Positions 37,501-45,036 of a DNA stretch of 64,000 nucleotides are shown one piece after another. Location of the stretch: assembly GCA_016935525.1 (NCBI GenBank), contig JAFGQU010000017.1:9559-73558 (forward strand), written 5' to 3'. Made by a program: the position numbers and the translations under genes. Position 1 is the first letter of the stretch. Every line of letters begins with the position of its first letter. The notes under the pieces are model-generated. The model did not search any database and was not told the DNA's origin. It saw nothing but the letters and a program-made list of their open reading frames with translations. The DNA is from Candidatus Omnitrophota bacterium (GTDB taxonomy: Bacteria > Omnitrophota > Gorgyraeia > Duberdicusellales > 4484-171).

Positions 37501-38910
37501 TCAGGCGCTGCCTTCTTCGACCACATCTCTGACTTCCTCAAGGCCGATCTCTTTTTTGATCTCATTGGCAATGATCCGGGCGATATCTTCAATAAGCTCT
37601 TTATTTTTGCCTTCGACCATTACCCGGGCCAGCAGTTCCGTACCGGAATAACGAAGCAAGATACGGCCTTCCTCCTGAAGGAGCGAATTGAAATAGTCCA
37701 GTTTTTCGGCTACCTGAGGCAACGTTTCAAACGGGACTTTTTCTTTTACCGGGATATTGATAAGGATCTGCGGGTATTTGGTCATACAGGCCGCAAGCTG
37801 ACTTAACGGTTTCTGAGCCTGGCCCATTACTTTCAGTATCTGTAACGCGTTCAGCAGGCCGTCGGGGGTAGGCAGATAATCCAGAAAGATGATATGGCCC
37901 GATTGTTCTCCTCCGATATTGAGTCCGTTTTTCATCAACGATTCCAACACATATTTATCTCCGACTTTAGTATAGATGATCTTCCCGTCTACTTCGGCCA
38001 GAGATATTTTTAAACCCAGATTGCTCATCACGGTCGTGACGATCGTATTTTGAGGAAGTTTTTTGTGCTGGATGAGATGACGGGCCACGATCGCCAGGAT
38101 ATAATCTCCGTCTAACACGTTACCTTTATCATCGACGATAATGCCCCGGTCGCCGTCACCGTCTAAAGCCACACCGATACCGGCACCGGTCTCTTTTACG
38201 ACACTCTTCAGGAGACTGGGATCGACGGCCCCTCCTTCGTTGATGTTTTCGCCGGAAGGAGTATCGTTGATCGCGACGACTTCGGCCCCTAACTTCTCGA
38301 AGATCTGACCGGCAAAACCGCAGGTAGCGCCCCACGCGCAGTCAACGGCGACTTTAATACCATTAAGACGCAACCCTTTTACGGTCGATAACAGGAATTT
38401 GACATATTTCTGCTGACTGTTTTTTACCGGAATCACCCTCCCTTTTCGTTTCACGGTGATCCCGTTAGGAGTATTGATCAGTGTGGTAAAAATAATGTCT
38501 TCTATCCATTCTTCGTCTTCTTTCAATAATTTATAACCGCCGGCATTAAAGAATTTAATGCCGTTATCGCTCGGTTTGTTATGGGACGCCGAGATCATGA
38601 TCCCCGTATCGGCGTTTAGTTCGTCGACCAGGTAGGCAAGCCCCGCGGTCGATATCGTACCAGCCAGCAATACATCTATTCCGTAAGAGGTAAACGCGTT
38701 GGTCAACAAAGTCTCTATCCTCTCTCCGGTCAGGCGCGTATCTTTGCCGATGACGACGCGTAACTGTTTGCGTTCGTCTTTACGTTTGTAGTAAAGAAAT
38801 TTCGAAACACTGCGGCCGATCTTAAAGATCATACCGTCGCTTAAGGGATATATTCCCGGCGTACCCCGTATCCCGTCGGTCCCAAAGAGACGCTCACGAT
38901 TTTTATCCAT
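37501..38910 (-). CDS. glmM: phosphoglucosamine mutase (phosphohexomutase family)
   Basis: Active-site SASHNKPSDNGIKFF (GlmM-type) and a metal-binding DGDGDR loop. Confidence 0.75.
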   Translation of the reverse strand: MDKNRERLFGTDGIRGTPGIYPLSDGMIFKIGRSVSKFLYYKRKDERKQLRVVIGKDTRLTGERIETLLTNAFTSYGIDVLLAGTISTAGLAYLVDELNADTGIMISASHNKPSDNGIKFFNAGGYKLLKEDEEWIEDIIFTTLINTPNGITVKRKGRVIPVKNSQQKYVKFLLSTVKGLRLNGIKVAVDCAWGATCGFAGQIFEKLGAEVVAINDTPSGENINEGGAVDPSLLKSVVKETGAGIGVALDGDGDRGIIVDDKGNVLDGDYILAIVARHLIQHKKLPQNTIVTTVMSNLGLKISLAEVDGKIIYTKVGDKYVLESLMKNGLNIGGEQSGHIIFLDYLPTPDGLLNALQILKVMGQAQKPLSQLAACMTKYPQILINIPVKEKVPFETLPQVAEKLDYFNSLLQEEGRILLRYSGTELLARVMVEGKNKELIEDIARIIANEIKKEIGLEEVRDVVEEGSA

Positions 38911-38931
38911 TATCTTTACTCCTTATCATAT

Positions 38932-39070
38932 TGACGATTTCGGTGATTAGTATAGGGATTACGGTGATCGCCCAAGGATTACAGTGATTGGCTTTATATT
39001 CGCTTTCAACTCCGGCCGTTCTTATGTTCCTTACTCTACTCATTGTAATCTCTCCTTAATCACGTAATCG
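38932..39070. repeat. family I (GATTACnGTGAT units) solo inverted-array hairpin
   Basis: Left arm ggtgattagtatagggattacggtgatcgcccaaggattacagtgattgg. Right arm cattgtaatctctccttaatcacgtaatcgg. Confidence 0.6.
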
Positions 39071-39101
39071 GGAAAGACAGATTTCTGTATTCCCCCGGTT
39101 G

Positions 39102-40142
39102 TTACGCAGTGGCTGCCACCTGTTCTTCGTTACGACGGTGATAGTAATTATAGTAATACCCATACAGGATGGGATTATAATTTTCTATCTGAGTAAGTAC
39201 AAACCCTAAGAATCTGCTGTGCGAATGGGCCAGGAAATCCCGGGCTTTCTGGACGATGGGAGCATGGGTACGGTAAGATTGTACCACCATCAACACCCCA
39301 TCGGTCTGATAGCCCAATAATCCGACATCGGTAAAATGGATGACCGGCGGCGTATCAAAGATCACATAGGTATAGGGTTCGGCGCGCAGGCGTTCGATAA
39401 ACGTTCTCATTTTCCGGGAACCGATAAGTTCCGAAGGATTTTCCGGCACGTGCCCCGCCGGGATAACAAAAAGGTTCTCTACCGCGGTATTCTGTAAACC
39501 GACGCTATAATCAAAATCGTTCTCTAAAATATCGGAAAGGCCGTATTCGCCGTTTACGTTAAACAGTTTATGGACCGTACCTTTACGCATATCACAGTCT
39601 ACTAAAAGCACTTTCGAATCGATCTCTTTCGCTAACGCTACGGCCAGGTTAGCCGAGGTGACACTTTTGCCTTCGTTATGGAGGGCGCTGGTGACCGTGA
39701 TAAATTTAGTCGGGGACACCAGACGGTTCATGCTTAATTTCGCCCCGTTGGACATCTTTTTAAGCTGAGATTTAAGGTTGGTACGCAGGATCCGGTATTG
39801 CTCGGAAACCGGCGAAGAATAATCATGGTGCACCACGACGCGCGGGTCGACGCCGGAAGAATCTTTTACTTTGGCTACACTCAATTGTTCGCGGATCCTC
39901 AGTTTTTCTTCTAAGGTAAGGAGTTTTTCTTTCCCTTTCTGTAATTTTGAGCGCGGTTTCGCCGGCTGACGAAGAACCGGGTCCTCCCCTTTAGGTTTAT
40001 CTTTAATAGCGACGAAATCTTTGGATTTCTGCGGCTGTTCGGTTTTCACCGGGATAACATCAACCGCGGCTTTCCTGGCCAGGCCGCGTTCCTGTTCCCG
40101 CTGTTCCTGCACTTTTCTTAACGCATCACTGATCTTTCCCAT
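39102..40142 (-). CDS. polysaccharide co-polymerase tyrosine autokinase (BY-kinase, CpsD/Wzc C-domain type)
   Basis: Walker A in VTSALHNEGKSVTSANLA, Walker A' VLLVDCDMRKG, Walker B VIFDTPP. The start is set at MGKIS (40142). The ORF-track N-terminus to 40214 reads through the family-E repeat arm. Confidence 0.75.
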   Translation of the reverse strand: MGKISDALRKVQEQREQERGLARKAAVDVIPVKTEQPQKSKDFVAIKDKPKGEDPVLRQPAKPRSKLQKGKEKLLTLEEKLRIREQLSVAKVKDSSGVDPRVVVHHDYSSPVSEQYRILRTNLKSQLKKMSNGAKLSMNRLVSPTKFITVTSALHNEGKSVTSANLAVALAKEIDSKVLLVDCDMRKGTVHKLFNVNGEYGLSDILENDFDYSVGLQNTAVENLFVIPAGHVPENPSELIGSRKMRTFIERLRAEPYTYVIFDTPPVIHFTDVGLLGYQTDGVLMVVQSYRTHAPIVQKARDFLAHSHSRFLGFVLTQIENYNPILYGYYYNYYHRRNEEQVAATA

Positions 40143-40158
40143 ATTTTTCTTCTCCTTC

Positions 40159-40572
40159 TTAATAGCGGTTAGCGGATAGCGGTGAGCGATTAGAATCAGA
40201 TTCTTGCTCATCACTAAACTTCCCTATTCTCTTAACATACGTCATCAATAATTTTATAACCTCAGACAATAGACTTATTGCCTGATCATACTCTTTCTGA
40301 TTGCACAAGCTGATATCTTTGCTTAAAGACAATTGAGTTTCCAGCTCAGCACAAGACCCCAACGCGATTTTGAGAAACTGAATATATTCTTTTGAACCAC
40401 GCATATACCCTTCAGCGATATTTGAAGGGATAGATATAGCTGAACGTCTTATTTGTGATGTCATCGTATACATTTCGTCTTTAGGGAATTTTTGAGTCAT
40501 TTTATAGATCATAATGACTAAATCGTAAGATTTTTGATATGCCCCTAATTCTTTATAACTTTTTATTTTCAT
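40159..40572 (-). CDS. four-helix-bundle protein (PF05635/TIGR02436), copy 5, with repeat-encoded C-terminal tail
   Basis: 137 aa. LGAYQKSYDL ... FPKDEMYTMTSQIRRSAISIPSNIAEG. Confidence 0.8.
   Translation of the reverse strand: MKIKSYKELGAYQKSYDLVIMIYKMTQKFPKDEMYTMTSQIRRSAISIPSNIAEGYMRGSKEYIQFLKIALGSCAELETQLSLSKDISLCNQKEYDQAISLLSEVIKLLMTYVKRIGKFSDEQESDSNRSPLSANRY
40160..40215. repeat. family E arm, left of cassette 5
   Basis: aatagcggttagcggatagcggtgagcgattagaatc. Confidence 0.7.
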
Positions 40573-40584
40573 CTTTTTCTCGCT

Positions 40585-40680
40585 TCTCTATCCGCTAATC
40601 GCTATACGCTAGCCGCTATTTAAGCGCGTAGGGCAGAGTAGCGAACGAGCCGCCACTCCGCCACTACCGCTGTATTCACA
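40585..40680. repeat. family E arm, right of cassette 5 (plus GCCACTMC units)
   Basis: tctctatccgctaatcgctatacgctagccgctattt is the reverse complement counterpart of the left arm. Followed by gccactccgccactaccgc. Confidence 0.7.
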
Positions 40681-41497
40681 TATGGATTATCAACTCATCG
40701 ATCTCTTTGGTGACCTCTTCGATGATCGTCGCGTCTATTTCTTTACGTTCTTTAATAAAACCGGTTAAAAGCGCGCGGTCACAGATGGAATTTACCAGAC
40801 GGGGTATCCCGCCGGAGTGAGCGTATATTTTATCAAGCGCGCTGTCGTCAAATACCTGATGGCCGTTCGTACCGGCGATCTTTAATCGATGCTGAATATA
40901 TTTCTGCATCTCTTCCTGGGTAAAAGGGCGGATATGGTAATATACCGCGACCCGTTGACGTAATTGCCTTAATTCTTTCAATTCAAGGATGCTTTTCAGT
41001 TCCGGCTGGCCGATAAGCACGATCTGCAGTAATTTTTCCCGTTCAGTCTCTAAATTCGAAAGCATCCGTACTTCTTCCAGGACACTGGCGCTCAGGTTCT
41101 GAGCTTCATCGATCACCACAACCACGTTAAACCCCAAAGTGATCTGTTCTAAAAGAAACCGATTGAGCGCGTTCAACATCTTTATCTTCGGCCACCAATC
41201 TTTAAACGGTACTTCGAATTCATCGAGTATAGCCATGATCATCTGTTTTGAAGTCAAATGGCTGTTAGTGATCAAGGCGACCTTTGTCCCGCGGATAAGT
41301 TTATTGAGCAGGGCGTGCCACACGGTGGTCTTTCCCGAACCGACTTCGCCGGTCAATACCGCGAACCCTTTTCTTTCCAGTATCCCGAACAGCAAGGTGT
41401 TCAGCGCTTCCTCATGCTTTTCCGAAGGAAAGAAATATTTGGTATCCGGGGTCACGCTAAACGGTTTTTCTTTGAATCCGAAAAATTGTTCGTACAT
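40676..41497 (-). CDS. ExeA/GspA-like AAA ATPase (EPS-locus secretion ATPase; resembles the PEP-CTERM-locus ATPase family)
   Basis: LTGEVGSGKTT Walker A, a VVIDEAQ Walker B and an N-terminal FGFKEKPF motif. Confidence 0.7.
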   Translation of the reverse strand: MYEQFFGFKEKPFSVTPDTKYFFPSEKHEEALNTLLFGILERKGFAVLTGEVGSGKTTVWHALLNKLIRGTKVALITNSHLTSKQMIMAILDEFEVPFKDWWPKIKMLNALNRFLLEQITLGFNVVVVIDEAQNLSASVLEEVRMLSNLETEREKLLQIVLIGQPELKSILELKELRQLRQRVAVYYHIRPFTQEEMQKYIQHRLKIAGTNGHQVFDDSALDKIYAHSGGIPRLVNSICDRALLTGFIKERKEIDATIIEEVTKEIDELIIHM

Positions 41498-41556
41498 GGT
41501 TTAGTCTCTGGTCTCTGGTCTCTGGTCTCTGGTCTCTGGTCTATAGTCTACCGCCT
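41498..41556. repeat. family D-type perfect tandem (GGTCTCT)x5 followed by ggtctatagtctacc
   Basis: ggtttagtctctggtctctggtctctggtctctggtctctggtctatagtctaccgcc. Confidence 0.8.
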
Positions 41557-42893
41557 TAAAGCACTTTTACTATCAGGGTCACGACGATCAAGACCGCTAT
41601 TCCGATACCGATCATGATCCATATCTTTTTTGAACCCTTTTTCGTCAACGCCATGTCTTCTTCGGTAGTGATCTTGGAAACAGCGCCCAAAACCGGTTCC
41701 TGAAAATGTTCATGCAACTGTTCTTCGTTTTTAAACGAACTGTCGGTATATTCCACAAGATATACAAATCCTACGCCGATACCGCCGCCTAAAAGTAACC
41801 CCATGATGTTCATTTTAAGTTTATTCGGTTTTATCGGCACCAACGGCAGCCGGGCCGGTTCGATGATCCGGAATTTGGTCCGGTTATCGGAATTATCCAG
41901 GTTTTCGGTGATCTTGGCCGATTCCAGCCGTTCCAGAAGCATCTGATAGATCTTTTCATTAATCGATTTATCGCGGGTAAGCCTGATCAGCTCTTCCTGT
42001 TGACGCGGCATCGAGTCGGCAATCGCGACATAGTTATCCGCCTCGACTCCGACTTTTTCGGCTACCCCTTTGATATATAATTCCCGTTTTTCCTTCAAAC
42101 TACTTATTTTTCTTTTGAGAGAGACTACCCGGGGATGTTTATCGGTGCAATCGATCGAAGCCATCACCAGATCCGATTCGGCATCGGCAAGTTCCCGGTT
42201 GATATCCGCCAGGGTCACTCCGGCCGGGGTCTCATTATCGGTAAGCACTTCTCCTCCATTTTCGACGATCTTTATGGTACGTTTGTCCGATAATGTCCCC
42301 ATCCCGTAGATCTCACGGAACTTTCTCAGTTCTGATTCCGATTGGTTAAGTTTTTCTTTATAGATCTCCAGCTGGGTATTAATAAAATCGATCGCTGATT
42401 CGGTATCTTCGATCTGGGAGGTAATATTCTGGCTGATCAGGATATCGCACAGTGTATTCACGAGATTTTGAGTATCCTGAGCATTTTCGCTTTGATAAGA
42501 GATCACGACTACGTCCCGCGATTTCATAGAAAGCTTGATGTTCTCTCTGATATCATGGATCAGGCGTTCAAGTTTAATCGGATCACGGATATCGTCGTTT
42601 AACCCTAATTTTTCCACCAACTGGAACAGGCGCGGCCACGACAGAATCTCTTCTCTCAACGCGTTTATCCGGTCGCCCACAGAAGTAGACACGGCAAGAT
42701 TCTGAAGGAGCGGGTTCACCATCTTTTTATCTTCTACCAGGATCACCGCGCGGGCCTCAAAGATCCTGGGCAAAACGAACCCGCTTAAGAAAAATGAGAT
42801 AAAGATGATGATCATCGGAAACACAAACCAATTCTTGCGGCGAAGAATGATCTGCAGGTATTCGGTTACGTTAAATTGAGGTTTATTATTCAT
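41556..42893 (-). CDS. polysaccharide chain-length determinant protein (Wzz/GumC/Wzc N-domain type)
   Basis: N-terminal TM right after TEYLQIILRRKNWF, a long coiled-coil periplasmic region and a C-terminal TM. Confidence 0.75.
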   Translation of the reverse strand: MNNKPQFNVTEYLQIILRRKNWFVFPMIIIFISFFLSGFVLPRIFEARAVILVEDKKMVNPLLQNLAVSTSVGDRINALREEILSWPRLFQLVEKLGLNDDIRDPIKLERLIHDIRENIKLSMKSRDVVVISYQSENAQDTQNLVNTLCDILISQNITSQIEDTESAIDFINTQLEIYKEKLNQSESELRKFREIYGMGTLSDKRTIKIVENGGEVLTDNETPAGVTLADINRELADAESDLVMASIDCTDKHPRVVSLKRKISSLKEKRELYIKGVAEKVGVEADNYVAIADSMPRQQEELIRLTRDKSINEKIYQMLLERLESAKITENLDNSDNRTKFRIIEPARLPLVPIKPNKLKMNIMGLLLGGGIGVGFVYLVEYTDSSFKNEEQLHEHFQEPVLGAVSKITTEEDMALTKKGSKKIWIMIGIGIAVLIVVTLIVKVL

Positions 42894-42918
42894 ACTATTA
42901 TCTCCTTATCCCTGTTTC

Positions 42919-43668
42919 TTATAATCCACCCGAAAGAGCGCCTTCGACCGCGGCAGTACGGCTGATCGGAGCGAGCAGGTTGGTCAAAGCTTTGTTAAAT
43001 TCGCTGGGAACGGTCGAAGGAACAACGACGAGGTCGCCGGGAGCAAGCATGACGTTGTCTTTTAATACTCCCCGATATAATAACTGATAAATGTCGATTT
43101 TTTCTAACGTAGGTTTTGTTTCGTCAGGATGGATGACCAATGTCCGCCGTAACGCGGCGGCATCAGTAGGAAGACCGGCGTCAATAAGCGCGTCTCTTAA
43201 TGAGATCTGATCTCCGGCCATAGGATATCTTCCCGGGCTGCGTACGGCTCCCAGGATATAAATGTTTTTACTGCGGTACGCCAGGATCATCACGCTTACT
43301 TCCGGAAGTTTTATGTATGTTTCCAGCTGTTGGACGATTACCTCTTTTAATTCGTCTTTCGTTAATCCTTCGGCTTTGATATCGCCGGTAAAATTGTACT
43401 GGATACTGCCATCGGGCCCGACTACAAATTGGCCGGAAAATTCCGGCTGATTACGCACTGAAATCTCAACGACATCGCCTTTTCCCAAAGTATAATCCGA
43501 CGTCACCTGAGCTGAAACGATCTCCGAAAGCGCGTCTACCTGGGAAACCGGGGTATTTTTCCCCATATTCGCATTTGCCGGCATTGTTTGAGCAAAAACG
43601 GAAAAGGATACTGCCGTACATGCCGCTAACACCAACATTGTGAAAAGCTTCTGTATACCCATGTTCAT
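42919..43668 (-). CDS. polysaccharide export protein (Wza/EpsE-like, periplasmic)
   Basis: Signal peptide from the proposed start MNMGIQKLFTMLVLAAC. Poly_export/SLBB-like region GDVVEISV ... PGDLVVVP. Confidence 0.7.
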   Translation of the reverse strand: MNMGIQKLFTMLVLAACTAVSFSVFAQTMPANANMGKNTPVSQVDALSEIVSAQVTSDYTLGKGDVVEISVRNQPEFSGQFVVGPDGSIQYNFTGDIKAEGLTKDELKEVIVQQLETYIKLPEVSVMILAYRSKNIYILGAVRSPGRYPMAGDQISLRDALIDAGLPTDAAALRRTLVIHPDETKPTLEKIDIYQLLYRGVLKDNVMLAPGDLVVVPSTVPSEFNKALTNLLAPISRTAAVEGALSGGL

Positions 43669-43717
43669 CCTCCTTTTAATAATATTATGTAATTTCATAA
43701 AATCTATAATAATTCCT

Positions 43718-43903
43718 TTAATAAAGCGTTTCGACAAAGCTCACCAGATCGTTAAATTCTTCTTTAGTATACACCCGCCAGCCCCGCCAATCCCGTTTGG
43801 CTTTACGGACTTTTCCGGAATTTTCCCAACGGATGATCGTTTTAGGGACCACTCCGATCTTTTCGGCAACTTCGGTAATCGTCATTCTTTCTTCAGCTAT
43901 CAT
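43718..43903 (-). CDS. small HTH DNA-binding protein (excisionase/MerR-like HTH_17 type)
   Basis: 61 aa. ITEVAEKIGVVPKTIIRWENSGKV is a typical AlpA/Xis-type HTH. It is the first gene after the long leader. Confidence 0.55.
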   Translation of the reverse strand: MIAEERMTITEVAEKIGVVPKTIIRWENSGKVRKAKRDWRGWRVYTKEEFNDLVSFVETLY

Positions 43904-43910
43904 ATATCCT

Positions 43911-43950
43911 CCTAGTTACGTAACGAGTAACGCGACACGCGTAACGCGTC
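43911..43950. repeat. family H (GTAACGnn units) short array at the 5' end of the locus
   Basis: agttacgtaacgagtaacgcgacacgcgtaacgcgtcc. Confidence 0.4.
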
Positions 43951-44054
43951 CAAGAAAACCAGGAAATACTACGCATTCCGGATTCCGCGTTTCGCATTAC
44001 GATATTTGATTATGAATGAACCTTTGTCCTGGTATGTCACGGACTTTCATAGTA

Positions 44055-44071
44055 AGCAATTTTAATGCCAG
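44055..44071 (-). promoter_or_regulatory. candidate sigma-54 (-24/-12) promoter for the export-module operon
   Basis: Minus-strand read 5'-TGGCAT-TAAAA-TTGCT-3', with GG and GC at the canonical spacing, about 150 nt upstream of the first gene (43903). A sigma-54 activator is encoded in the same locus. Confidence 0.4.
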
Positions 44072-44347
44072 TTTAAGAAAAACGCAAACAATAGCTAATA
44101 AGTCATTGCGAACGAATGAGTTATAAAAAATATATTTTGTAAGCGCTTTCAGAGGTATTTTGAGGGGCCTTTAGAGAAGCTGTTTTTGTTTAAAAAAATG
44201 GATATATTCACCATATATCAAGCCGAAATCCATGGCTATATCTACAAGCATTTGCACATCAATAGGTTATAAACGTCGCTTTTCAAGGACACACTGTCTA
44301 AAAAGATGGACACATTTCCCCGCCGAAAAGATTGATTCCGGCGGGGA

Positions 44348-44477
44348 GTCACAAAGTCACATAGACACATAGTCACACGTACGCCTTTTCGGCAAGTCAC
44401 AAGGACACAAAGTCATACATATTCGGTTTCACGTGTGACGTGTGTCGTGTGACTAGCCTGTCAACAGACAGGCGTGT
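44348..44477. repeat. family A solo hairpin (long loop) followed by GC hairpin GCCTGTCaacaGACAGGC
   Basis: Left arm 44348-44380, right arm 44431-44453. The loop shares attcggtttc with the 57640 copy and cggcaagtcacaa with 57530. Confidence 0.8.
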
Positions 44478-44487
44478 GGCTTATACT

Positions 44488-44862
44488 TTAGAGGGAAGGT
44501 ATTTCGGAGGGGATTTTAGAGCGGATAAGCAATAAAATAGCGGAATGAGGTATTACATAGTACTTCTTTTTCTCAAATTCCACTTCAACTCCCGAATCAC
44601 GTAAAAACAAGCAGAAATCTCCGGTTTTCACCTGAAGCGGGAAATATTTAGTACGCTGGCGGGATACCGCCCAGGGTTCATCTTCGAACGAAGACGGATC
44701 GAAAATAGGGTAACCGGGGCCGCTGCGGACGATCTTACCGCTTTGGACTTTCTCTTTATCTTTTACGGTCTGAGGAAGATAAAGCCCATAATCGGTCACC
44801 GAATCCCCCTGGCCGGGTTCGATGAGCACCTTGTCCCCTACTAATATGATCTCTTTTTCCAT
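44488..44862 (-). CDS. GroES/Cpn10-fold-like protein
   Basis: KVLIEPGQGDS ... GKIVRSGPG pattern resembles co-chaperonin-like beta-barrels, but 124 aa is longer than GroES. Confidence 0.4.
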   Translation of the reverse strand: MEKEIILVGDKVLIEPGQGDSVTDYGLYLPQTVKDKEKVQSGKIVRSGPGYPIFDPSSFEDEPWAVSRQRTKYFPLQVKTGDFCLFLRDSGVEVEFEKKKYYVIPHSAILLLIRSKIPSEIPSL

Positions 44863-44911
44863 AACGCCTTAATTGTACCTTTTGATAGTGGTTTGTCAAC
44901 CCGGACAAAAT

Positions 44912-45036
44912 GATCAATAATCAATTAGCAATTATCATTTAGCAATGATGGAAAAAATAAAATACTGTCCGTGAGTGCCCCTCATTTAAATTTTTCATTG
45001 ATAATTGCTAAATGCTAAATTTGCATTGAGCATTTA
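44912..45036. repeat. family F solo inverted-array hairpin
   Basis: Left arm gatcaataatcaattagcaattatcatttagcaatgatgg. Right arm cattgataattgctaaatgctaaatttgcattgagcat. Confidence 0.7.

Larger units (their letters stand above)
40160..40680 (-). mobile_element. IVS-like cassette 5 (family E arms)
   Basis: Same architecture. Confidence 0.4.

Noticed and set aside
39102-40214. The full-length 370-aa ORF start for the BY-kinase.
   Set aside because: The first 24 codons are encoded by the family-E repeat arm (ILIAHRYPLTAI). A downstream Met (MGKIS, 40142) avoids overlap with the cassette and is the more plausible start.
44317-44347. The GC-rich hairpin TCCCCGCCG...CGGCGGGGA as a Rho-independent terminator.
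   Set aside because: It is not followed by a U-tract on either strand, and it sits in a 5' leader. It is more likely regulatory or part of the adjacent element.
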